DNA from: a virus
Taxonomy: Duplodnaviria > Caudoviricetes
Reading direction: 5' to 3' (one strand)
Length of the DNA stretch: 28,563 nucleotides
Virus record (IMG/VR): IMGVR_UViG_3300046000_006874
Location: 1-28,563 of that record
Shown here: positions 17,305 through 24,999 of the stretch, piece after piece
How positions within the stretch are numbered: the stretch's first letter is position 1
Layout: every line of letters starts with the position of its first letter
The notes under the pieces: model-generated
Seen by the model: the letters and a program-made list of their open reading frames with translations, nothing else
The model's database searches: none
Told to the model about the DNA's origin: nothing
Translations under genes and position numbers: made by a program

Positions 17305-18329
17305 CCGGCCTTTTGTTTCGCGATCTTGAATCGTATCAGGTGGTGATCCTCGGCAGCGAAGAAGTCAGGCAGGCGGGCGCATTGGAACTCATAGACCATT
17401 TGCCGAGCCTGCTCCCGAGAGACGCCGTCACGGCGGGCTATGGTCAAAGCGAGTCCATTGAAGGCGTTGCTCGGCTTCTCGCCGGGGTATTGCCAGCGAC
17501 CCGGAGGCACTCTGGAGATGTCCATCTCTCGGAAGGTTGGCTCTGAAGAGGGGATGGTGACGGCTGGACGGAGGCCGATGGCTGGGAGATGAACGTCTCC
17601 CTTGGCGACGTGCTGGACTTCAGGAAGGCCAGGAGCCTGGGGGAAGATGCAGTCTGGGAAGACGAGGCTTGTCTCTTGGATTCGTGGGTGTTTGAGTCCC
17701 TCAGCGATGGCTCCTGCGCTGCTCTGGTTTCCGATGAATAGTTCCGAGCCTGCGATCAGCTCGGCGACTTGGAGCATGTTCTCTGTTGGTTGGAAATCAA
17801 CATAGCCGTAGTTCCCGCAGAACTCTCTCCATTCGTATTCCAGACCAATGAATAGCAGGTGGTGCTTGTAGTGATCGACGACCTTGTACCAAGGGAAGGT
17901 CGAGTTCCTGTATCGCCCTGTCCGGTTGATCACCACTCTGCCTTTCGATACAGGCGATGGCTTTGCCTTCAGCCAAGCTGTCGATCCGTCAATACGTAAA
18001 GCAGTCTGCTTCACTATGCAGTAGTGGTTCAGGTGTGCCTGCATCAACGTCTCTCCGGGGGTGTAGTGCCGCAAGCTGCGGAAGTCTTCGCTCCGCCAGT
18101 CAACGGTGGTGCTTGGGTCGATCAGCCGAAACTCGGAGATATAGCTCTGAGAATCGACGAGCGGCTTTAGGAGGTCGAACATTCTCTGAGCCTGTTCTGG
18201 CGTCTTCGCTTTGGTTGTCGTCGAGGGACGGAGACCTAGCGAGTGCGGTCCGTTGGGGAGGTGCTTGAGGATGTTCAGGAGAAAAACGCAATCGCCAATA
18301 TCTCCGGTGGTGGAGCAGAATAGACTCAT
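17301..18329 (-). CDS. GT9 (ADP-heptosyltransferase)-like GT-B glycosyltransferase, 342 aa, with a C-terminal extension
   Basis: The likely start is MSLFCSTTGDIGDCVF at 18329. G-x-I-G-D at the N-terminus and AELIAGSELFIGNQSSAGAIAEGLKHP match the GT9 signature (lfIGnDSg..HlAaa). Confidence 0.7.
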   Translation of the reverse strand: MSLFCSTTGDIGDCVFLLNILKHLPNGPHSLGLRPSTTTKAKTPEQAQRMFDLLKPLVDSQSYISEFRLIDPSTTVDWRSEDFRSLRHYTPGETLMQAHLNHYCIVKQTALRIDGSTAWLKAKPSPVSKGRVVINRTGRYRNSTFPWYKVVDHYKHHLLFIGLEYEWREFCGNYGYVDFQPTENMLQVAELIAGSELFIGNQSSAGAIAEGLKHPRIQETSLVFPDCIFPQAPGLPEVQHVAKGDVHLPAIGLRPAVTIPSSEPTFREMDISRVPPGRWQYPGEKPSNAFNGLALTIARRDGVSREQARQMVYEFQCARLPDFFAAEDHHLIRFKIAKQKAG

Positions 18330-18331
18330 GG

Positions 18332-19510
18332 CTACACAAAGTTGACGTGGTCGATGTTTCCTTCTGGAAGCGGAGTCTCGGCTCCGTTCACTATGGCATT
18401 GATCAGGTCCACTTGATCGGCGAACACACAACCAGGACAGATGTTGTCGGGCATCTGATACTTCTCAGGATGCTGCATGAGGTCCCCCACCTTGTCTCCT
18501 GTGCAGATGCGCCACTCAGAATTGAACTTGTGACCTGCTGTTCGATTGAGCACCACGCTGTCGCAGGCATAGACCCATCCGTCTGCATTCAAGCATGGAC
18601 GTGTCAGCACCTTGAAGCACTTCTTCGGCTGGCGCGGTGGTTTGTTCTGTGAGAAGACGACCTGCGGGTCAATCCGATCAGCCATTCCTTGCAGGAGAGC
18701 GTGGCGCTGCGGGATGCGCTCAGGCTGCAAGCAGTTGGTGAGTAGTCGAACGTAGCGAGGTCGGTGCTTCTCGACGTACTCTTTGATCCTTGACTCTATC
18801 CAAGGGAGACGCTCTTCAGCATCGACGAACCGACCTCCTGGAGTCTTCACGTCCTCGGGAGTGCTAACCCAGCCGTGTTTGTGAGTGGGTTCCTCGTAGC
18901 TGTCCGACATGATCCAGGAGAAACCAAGAGCGGTCTTGGTCGGGTCAAAGTCAGGCACATAGACTTCCTGCTCTTTGTGGTTGTGATCCAGCCCCGCCAT
19001 GGAGATGCGGCACCACGTCAGCTTGTCGAGGTTCTCAGGTTTCAGGTTCTTCCAAGAGAAACGAACGGTGGCTACTGACCCATCTTCACGCACGATCTTT
19101 GGGTAGCCTATCAAAGGCATCCCGTTCGTGATCATCGCCACCTCCAGACCAAAATGGTCGTGTGCCAGTTCGATCAGGTCATTGATGCCTTTGCCTGTCT
19201 CCTTGCATCGGTAGATGAGTGGGTTTCCACCCCCCGAGAACGTGACAGACTTCAGTCCAAGGGGCACAAGCTGACCGAGGAACTCTTCGATCTGGGAGAA
19301 CCGCAGCACGTCACCCACACGCTCGCCAACTGAGCAGAAGGAGCACTTGGCATTGCAGACATCGGTCGGGGCCACCCAGCAGGAGATGGGCATCCCTTTA
19401 CCGTCACGGAGGGCTTGCATCGCTTCCTGATGGTGGAATAGCTTGGCTCCGGTCGAGGTGAAGGACGTGTCGAGTTCTGGCTTTTCAGCGATGGAGGAAG
19501 GTAGTCTCAT
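18332..19510 (-). CDS. Radical SAM enzyme with SPASM/twitch auxiliary domain, 392 aa
   Basis: CxxxCxxC (CNAKCSFC), FSGGGNP, ITNG and RIS motifs. The C-terminal KKC...LNADGWVYAC...C...CPGC carries extra Cys ligands. Confidence 0.9.
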   Translation of the reverse strand: MRLPSSIAEKPELDTSFTSTGAKLFHHQEAMQALRDGKGMPISCWVAPTDVCNAKCSFCSVGERVGDVLRFSQIEEFLGQLVPLGLKSVTFSGGGNPLIYRCKETGKGINDLIELAHDHFGLEVAMITNGMPLIGYPKIVREDGSVATVRFSWKNLKPENLDKLTWCRISMAGLDHNHKEQEVYVPDFDPTKTALGFSWIMSDSYEEPTHKHGWVSTPEDVKTPGGRFVDAEERLPWIESRIKEYVEKHRPRYVRLLTNCLQPERIPQRHALLQGMADRIDPQVVFSQNKPPRQPKKCFKVLTRPCLNADGWVYACDSVVLNRTAGHKFNSEWRICTGDKVGDLMQHPEKYQMPDNICPGCVFADQVDLINAIVNGAETPLPEGNIDHVNFV

Positions 19511-20115
19511 AGCGGTTTAGTAGCAGACATTACCAATGAGAAAAGAGGACGGTTCAAGTTCTGACGGATGACACCTTCCACTTCATTCAGGACTGGTGAT
19601 TCTGGGAGAGTGCGCTTCACGTTCTCGTCCTTGAACCCAGCGCGTATCAGGTAGGCCCACAGTGAGTCCTCCGTCAAAATGCCGAAATGCTCGTTGAACC
19701 AGAGCGCACAGGTAAAGAAGTTCGGATCTGGATGTTCTGGAGACATCGGCTCTCCAAACAGCTCGACGCAGTTCTCTTTGGTGTCCTGATGATACACTTT
19801 TCGGAAATAACTGGCGTCGGGGACACTCACCACTAATACCCCTCCGGGACGCAGAACACGAAGGCACTCCTTCATAATTGTCACGGCGTCTTGGCAGTGG
19901 AAATGCTCGAAGAAGTGACTCGCGAGGATACCCGCGAAGGTGTTGTCGTTGAAAGGGAGTCGTCCTTTTGAAACGTCGTGGTTCACATAGTTTCCTTCCG
20001 CATCAAGATTGGTCCTCTCAGGAGTCCCCGGCTTCAGAAACGAGTGAAGGTTGTCAAGATTGAGGAAAGGCTTTTGGAGACGAGGGTACCCGCAGCCAAG
20101 ATTGAGTATCTTCAT
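19507..20115 (-). CDS. Class I SAM-dependent methyltransferase (Methyltransf_11-like), 202 aa
   Basis: Motif I KILNLGCG, then LPF...SHFFEH and ECLRVLRPGGVLVVSVPD. ATGA overlaps on both sides. Confidence 0.9.
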   Translation of the reverse strand: MKILNLGCGYPRLQKPFLNLDNLHSFLKPGTPERTNLDAEGNYVNHDVSKGRLPFNDNTFAGILASHFFEHFHCQDAVTIMKECLRVLRPGGVLVVSVPDASYFRKVYHQDTKENCVELFGEPMSPEHPDPNFFTCALWFNEHFGILTEDSLWAYLIRAGFKDENVKRTLPESPVLNEVEGVIRQNLNRPLFSLVMSATKPL

Positions 20116-20843
20116 AGCGGCATGTCGTGTTGAGTTTGGTCGTAGAGCGAGCCGTAGTGCAATCCAGTCGCCTTCTCCGCTTCCTCGAAGTGAGCCCGTT
20201 GCTCTTCGAGACTGAGAGGACGAAGATCGACGCCAGGGTTCGGCAGAGGAAGCTCTTGGGAGAATGTGATCAGACGACGAGGCTGACGCTTCAGGAAGAT
20301 GGTCAGACCATTGTCTGAGTGGATGTCCACCACGTCCCAGCCTTTCTTCTCGTACTTCTTTCGGTTCTCTTCCACGAAGAGGCGAGGCCCGACACAGTTC
20401 TCGGTGTCGTCGAGAGCGATGAGGTAAGCTCCCCGTTCGACAGCCATGTTGAACTCAAGATCGACCGTTTTATAGTCGTGCCATGAATCTAGGTAGGCAC
20501 TAGTAACTACCTCAGGCCACACTACTTCATTGGACTTACCGTCAAGGAGAGTCACCCACTCACGAACCCCAAGAGTAGTCAGGTTCTCTTCCGCGTGCTG
20601 TTTTGGCGTCTTTCCATTCAAAATGTGAGCGTGTTCCGTGAGACTCCATGAATCTATCCCATAGACCCGACCAAGGTTGTTTTCCTGCATAGCTTTCGCT
20701 GCCCAAGCTGTGCTCAGGCCTCGATAAACTCCGCACTCAACATGAGACGTGGACTTCAAAGAGCGCAGAAGTGCATGAAGGATGCGGGGATGGTTATAAT
20801 TCCATGTCGCGAAAACGCGATCTACTTCGGTGTAAAAGCTCAT
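20112..20843 (-). CDS. Class I SAM-dependent methyltransferase (Methyltransf_24-like), 243 aa
   Basis: VECGVYRGLST, VYGIDSW, YLDSWHDY and IALDD match the E-x-G-x-x-x-G-x-S / D-x-W / ID-g-x-H-x-Y / hhDD pattern. Confidence 0.8.
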   Translation of the reverse strand: MSFYTEVDRVFATWNYNHPRILHALLRSLKSTSHVECGVYRGLSTAWAAKAMQENNLGRVYGIDSWSLTEHAHILNGKTPKQHAEENLTTLGVREWVTLLDGKSNEVVWPEVVTSAYLDSWHDYKTVDLEFNMAVERGAYLIALDDTENCVGPRLFVEENRKKYEKKGWDVVDIHSDNGLTIFLKRQPRRLITFSQELPLPNPGVDLRPLSLEEQRAHFEEAEKATGLHYGSLYDQTQHDMPL

Positions 20844-21634
20844 ATTCTTTGGGCGCGTTTTTGAAGGGGTTTTAAAAACACTTCTTCTAAGGTTTTGTAT
20901 TTTTTCATCCGTGCTCTAACACTAGCGGCAGTTAGTCCGTAACGTTCGGCCATTTCGGACAGGCAGCAAGTATGACCTCGGAAAGTCACCAATATGTTCA
21001 CGGATCTATTCCTAGCCTCCTCTTTAGCTGTTGCCCAACGCACATTTCCCGGTTCATAGTTCTTCTCATTGTCGATTCGATCAATCGCTGCCTTGTCAGA
21101 AGGGCGTCTTCCTACATGAGCTAAAAAGGCTTCAAATTTTGTGCCTCCCCCGCGCCATTCTTCAGCTACCTGAATACCTTTACCCCCGTAGTATTGGTAG
21201 TTTGAGGCTTTTGGGTTATGACACCTGTTAATCATAGCCATAAGGGTTCGGTACTCTACGGTGGGACCACGTACCGTTTCCCCGTGCGTCGGTTCTTTCC
21301 ACACTACACAGTCCAAGCAAGACTTTACTGTCTTCAGATTGCCTGCCGAAATTTGTCTGAAATTACCACACTCGCACTTACCTAGCCAGACTCCTCCTTT
21401 TTTCGGATGCATGAAAAGAAGGTTTTCAATTTTCAGCTTCCCATGAATCTCTCCGGTATGATCTTTAAAACGATGAGATTTTCCTTTTCCTTTGATCCAT
21501 CCGTGTTTCGATGGAATAGCGTACAAAGCGTCTTGCATGGTGATAACATGTTGGATGTTAAGCGGAGGTGACTCAGTAGCATGAGTCACCTCCGCGCTAT
21601 TACATAACATGAGTGCCAAGCGAATCAAGATCAT
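20840..21634 (-). CDS. Free-standing HNH homing-endonuclease-like protein (up to 264 aa)
   Basis: W.gkCeCGN...KSC, HG....EY.....M..RC.NP....Y..YGGKGI.V..EW and IDRIDN..NY.PGNVRWAT..E..RN. The DNA is AT-richer than its neighbours (25/60 G+C at 20881-20940). The start may be 21634 (ATGA) or the internal ATG at 21538. Confidence 0.85.
   Translation of the reverse strand: MILIRLALMLCNSAEVTHATESPPLNIQHVITMQDALYAIPSKHGWIKGKGKSHRFKDHTGEIHGKLKIENLLFMHPKKGGVWLGKCECGNFRQISAGNLKTVKSCLDCVVWKEPTHGETVRGPTVEYRTLMAMINRCHNPKASNYQYYGGKGIQVAEEWRGGGTKFEAFLAHVGRRPSDKAAIDRIDNEKNYEPGNVRWATAKEEARNRSVNILVTFRGHTCCLSEMAERYGLTAASVRARMKKYKTLEEVFLKPLQKRAQRI
21562..21595. repeat. Perfect 14-bp inverted repeat (GCGGAGGTGACTCA-gtagca-TGAGTCACCTCCGC) at the 5' end of the HNH gene
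   Basis: Arms 21562-21575 and 21582-21595 are exact reverse complements with a 6-nt loop. There is no poly-U tail. Confidence 0.9.
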
Positions 21635-22407
21635 TTTGGTTCATTAAATCCTGTCTTACTCCACATATTCTCGGTGCCAGCTTTGTCCAGACGTTCATAG
21701 GTTTGGATCGCTAGTTTCCGGCCTTCTGGGTCGGCTTTTTTCGCCCAGAAATGGTGGTGGTCGATGAAGGGTCCGCCGTGCTCGTCTCCGGTTCCCCAGC
21801 TTGGTTCAGCCCAAGTTCTCGAATCGAGGATCTTTTCGTGCATCTTGACCGTAGGATCATAGAAGATGAATGGGATGTTTCGGACGAGCCTCAACTGCCA
21901 GTCCGTGATCAGGTGCCAGTTCTGGCAAGGTTTCGTGAAGTCGCCTGGAGCGCCGAACCAGTGGCGGCGGGACAGACGATAGGCGTTCTTGGAGCCTGAC
22001 TGCCGCAGCGCGTCTTTGAGCATCGTTCCTTGCGGGTGCGATGGGTTCAACATCTCGACCTTGAGATCAGGATTCTTCACCTGCGGGTAGCCTTCTGTGC
22101 CGTGACAGCGGACAAGCGGAGGATTCTCAGCAAAGCGTTCATCCGCGTCGAGGATGAGCACCCACTCGGCGTTGGACTCGCGGATACATCTGGAGCGAAC
22201 CACGCCGTATCCCGAGTCGATCTTGGTGTGGACGAGCCGCACCCCGGCTTTCTCAACGAGTGCGATGGACTCGTCATCTGGCGGGGCGTCGGACGGTGGG
22301 GAGGAGACCATCACCACGTCGTCGAAGAACCCTGAAGTCGCCATTTCAAGGAAGCCGGGAAGGGCGAAAGGTTCCCTGAAAAAGTTACAGGCTAGACCTA
22401 AACTCAT
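21631..22407 (-). CDS. Glycosyltransferase family 2 (GT-A fold), 258 aa
   Basis: DDVVMV...DDESIAL, GYGVVRSRCI, EWVLILDADERF (DxD), and DWQLRLVRN...MHE as in beta-1,4-glucosyltransferase-like GT2 enzymes. Confidence 0.85.
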   Translation of the reverse strand: MSLGLACNFFREPFALPGFLEMATSGFFDDVVMVSSPPSDAPPDDESIALVEKAGVRLVHTKIDSGYGVVRSRCIRESNAEWVLILDADERFAENPPLVRCHGTEGYPQVKNPDLKVEMLNPSHPQGTMLKDALRQSGSKNAYRLSRRHWFGAPGDFTKPCQNWHLITDWQLRLVRNIPFIFYDPTVKMHEKILDSRTWAEPSWGTGDEHGGPFIDHHHFWAKKADPEGRKLAIQTYERLDKAGTENMWSKTGFNEPK

Positions 22408-23045
22408 ACATGCACCCTCCGCACCGTGAGGAACCCATAGCTCTTCGGATACTTGAAACAGTTCGGCTTGACGACAGGAGCCTCGTAGCCGCCGCTGACG
22501 ACGAAATTCTTATCGAACCGTTGAAGGAACTCGATCCAGTCCGGCAGCGTCCAGCGGATGACATGGGTGGAGTCCTGCTCATCGACCGGACAGTTGTAGG
22601 TGCCTCCGCGAGTGACTGCCAAGGGAACGATGATGTAGAGCTGCTTGCGGCAGGATCGTAGCAGCGAAGCCACGATGTCGGTCAGCGTGTCCACTTCGAT
22701 GTGCTCGAACACATCTTTGGCAATGATGTGGTCCCAAGCCATCGGTGAGGTGTTCAAGGTGTTGCTGACGAAACTCTTCACGCCTTCATCGCAGTTGGCG
22801 ATAGCCCACTCAGATAGGTCGTAGCCGTGTGCCTGGATTCCTTGCATACGCAGGGCTTTCACGGTGTAGCCGCGAGCACATCCGAAGTCCAAAACGACAT
22901 CGTCGCTGCGGATGCCTAGCATCCACTTCAACTGGAGCGCCATCGGCAGCGTCTTGTCGGGCAGCCAGTGGTAGTTTTCGTAGTTAGACAGGCCGAACTT
23001 GGGTCCGTTCAGATAGTAGTCTTCAGAGTAGGGGTGGTTGGGCAT
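22404..23045 (-). CDS. Class I SAM-dependent methyltransferase (Methyltransf_23-like), 213 aa
   Basis: VLDFGCARG, GYDLSEWAI and WDHIIAKDVFEHI. It lacks the DPPY/NPPY or PC motifs of DNA methyltransferases. Confidence 0.9.
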   Translation of the reverse strand: MPNHPYSEDYYLNGPKFGLSNYENYHWLPDKTLPMALQLKWMLGIRSDDVVLDFGCARGYTVKALRMQGIQAHGYDLSEWAIANCDEGVKSFVSNTLNTSPMAWDHIIAKDVFEHIEVDTLTDIVASLLRSCRKQLYIIVPLAVTRGGTYNCPVDEQDSTHVIRWTLPDWIEFLQRFDKNFVVSGGYEAPVVKPNCFKYPKSYGFLTVRRVHV

Positions 23046-23054
23046 GTGTTTTTC

Positions 23055-23083
23055 AGGTTATCGAATCTTTTCTACTACGTCAA
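23055..23083 (-). promoter_or_regulatory. Sigma70-like promoter TTGACG-N17-TAACCT heading the modification cassette
   Basis: The minus strand reads TTGACG tagtagaaaagattcga TAACCT gaaaaacac ATG, in the 40-nt gap after terL. It shares TTCGATAAnnTGAAA with the element at 17277-17304. Confidence 0.6.
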
Positions 23084-23085
23084 CT

Positions 23086-24999
23086 CTATTCTCCCCAAGC
23101 TGCCTCTTTTCCGTTTCCAGCCCATCCAGCGTCGGCGAGCAGGCCGTCTCGGAACGTGGGTTTGGGTGGTGGGGGTGGCTCCCACCAAGGGCGTTGCGGA
23201 CCAACGGGTTTCACCTGTTGCGCGGCTCGGGCTGCGGCGACGAACCGATGACGGCGACGGCAAATCTCGATCAGTCCTACCCAGGAGTCGGCACGGTCGG
23301 GACTGTGACCGCTGGTGCGTTTCTTCATGTCCTCCTTGGGCTCGACGCAGACCTTGCTGCCTCGCTCCGTGTAGGTGCGTTCGCACATCTCGACCATGGT
23401 GGCTGCGTCCAAGCCTCGGATTTGCCCACTCGCGACGAACTCCTTGCCGACATACCACAACTCGGAGACTCGGTTCGTGAATCGGTCCTTGCCTTTCCGT
23501 TTGTCTGTGGCACTCACAATCATGTCACTGGCGGCTCCTGAGAAGGACACCAACTGGAACCCATGGCCCATCTTCATCGCCATGATGGTCGAGAACGGAT
23601 CACCACCACCTGTGGCATCGACACCTCGGTCGGGCACCGCGACGTTGCGTTTCTCACACTCGGCGATGAACAGTTCCGCTAGTTGCTCGTTTCGGTCCTT
23701 GGTCTTGTGCCGAGCGTCCACCTGTTTCATCAGGTCGAGGGTGTCGGTCTTGAAAAGGATCTGGCGGTTTGCTCCATTGATCTGTGCGATTCCGAACAAC
23801 CCGAAACTGGCGGCTGCCGCGTCCCCACCTTTGGAGAATGACGGATCAAGGAACGCGACGGGCGTTGGGCGAACGAGCCACTGGTTGACTCCTTGAGCGC
23901 AGAGGTTCTTGGTCAGTTCCGGCTCGGAATAGATGGTATCCGTTGCTCCTGTCGGACAGGGGAAGCTCTTCACCATTCGGTAGTAGCCTGGGGACTTGGG
24001 TCCGAAGCGGGCTTTGATCTCATCGAGACCTTCCTGAGTCAGCAGCCCAGGGTAAACTGTTCTGCCCGCTCGGACGTTCGGCGACAACTCCCCATCGAAA
24101 CGGATGCAGAAGCCGTTGACTTTGGTCCGCCACTCGAAGGTGTTCTCGTCCACACTGTTCCATCCCTCCTCCGGCTCGCAGAAAAGTCCCATCGGGTCGA
24201 ACGGAGAGCTGAAGTTGCCAGATGCCAGCATCTTGAAGCCATCATTCGCCATCAAGTTCGAGGTGGCGTCGTAGAGGTTGTGGGTGAGCAGGGGAAGCTC
24301 GTCTGCCAGCAGCAGGAGGTTCTTGGCTTTGAAACCGATCAGGCTGCTGACATCGTCGTTTCCTTTCCCGCCCGCCACCAGCGCGATGCCGACGAGGTCG
24401 TTGGCTTTCCCTTCGGGCGTGAGTCCTGTGATCTTCCCTGCGGAGGACACCAGCTTCCCCGGCATCGACGGCGGCAGCTTCAAGTAGGTGTAGAGCGAGC
24501 CAAAGTAGCGAGTCGCTTCGTTCCACATTCTCTCCACTTCCCCCCAGACTCGGTTTCGAGAGTCTTTCAGGGAGGTGGAGGTGATCAATACCTTCGTGTT
24601 CTCTGGGAAGATCAGAAACATGCAGACGGCATACATCGACAGGAATGCCGATTTACCTGAGCTTGCATGACCGGAGATCGCCATCAGCTTCTCGTTCCTG
24701 ACGTTCCGAAGAATCGTCTCTGAGTAAGGATTCCAATGCCACTTGAAGGGCCAATCGTTCCTCCCGAGGACATGGTTCACGAAGAGTTTGAAGTGCTCCT
24801 CCCACGGAAGTATCTCGTTTCCTAGCAGGGTTGAGACCGTTTCGTAGTTCCGCAGGATCTCCCGCTCGATCAAAACGTCCGGCATTTGCACGATGACTTT
24901 CCCTGTTCGGGAATCGCACAGAGGCATGAACTTCACCCCATACTTCAGCCGTTTGGCGGCTTCAGGTATGGTCGGACGTTTTGGAAGAGGCTTGGTCAT
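23086..24999 (-). CDS. terL: Terminase large subunit, 637 aa
   Basis: N-terminal ATPase with Walker A SGHASSGKS, Walker B LLLLADE and coupling motif SGN. C-terminal RNase H-like nuclease with FLDPS...GGD, GVDATG, NRVSELW and EPKEDMKKR...SPDRADS. Confidence 0.9.
   Translation of the reverse strand: MTKPLPKRPTIPEAAKRLKYGVKFMPLCDSRTGKVIVQMPDVLIEREILRNYETVSTLLGNEILPWEEHFKLFVNHVLGRNDWPFKWHWNPYSETILRNVRNEKLMAISGHASSGKSAFLSMYAVCMFLIFPENTKVLITSTSLKDSRNRVWGEVERMWNEATRYFGSLYTYLKLPPSMPGKLVSSAGKITGLTPEGKANDLVGIALVAGGKGNDDVSSLIGFKAKNLLLLADELPLLTHNLYDATSNLMANDGFKMLASGNFSSPFDPMGLFCEPEEGWNSVDENTFEWRTKVNGFCIRFDGELSPNVRAGRTVYPGLLTQEGLDEIKARFGPKSPGYYRMVKSFPCPTGATDTIYSEPELTKNLCAQGVNQWLVRPTPVAFLDPSFSKGGDAAAASFGLFGIAQINGANRQILFKTDTLDLMKQVDARHKTKDRNEQLAELFIAECEKRNVAVPDRGVDATGGGDPFSTIMAMKMGHGFQLVSFSGAASDMIVSATDKRKGKDRFTNRVSELWYVGKEFVASGQIRGLDAATMVEMCERTYTERGSKVCVEPKEDMKKRTSGHSPDRADSWVGLIEICRRRHRFVAAARAAQQVKPVGPQRPWWEPPPPPKPTFRDGLLADAGWAGNGKEAAWGE

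Noticed and set aside
18332-19510. Radical SAM as QueE of a 7-deazaguanine pathway, or as viperin or NrdG
   Set aside because: It is too long, has a SPASM-like tail, and no folE/queD/queC/dpdA or nrdD gene lies in the window.
21562-21595. Hairpin as a rho-independent terminator
   Set aside because: There is no U-tract on either side, and it lies inside a coupled operon. Kept as a regulatory hairpin instead.
19507-23045. Three methyltransferases as a restriction-modification or DNA methylase set
   Set aside because: None shows the (D/N/S)PP(Y/F) or PC catalytic motifs. They look like small-molecule or sugar methyltransferases.
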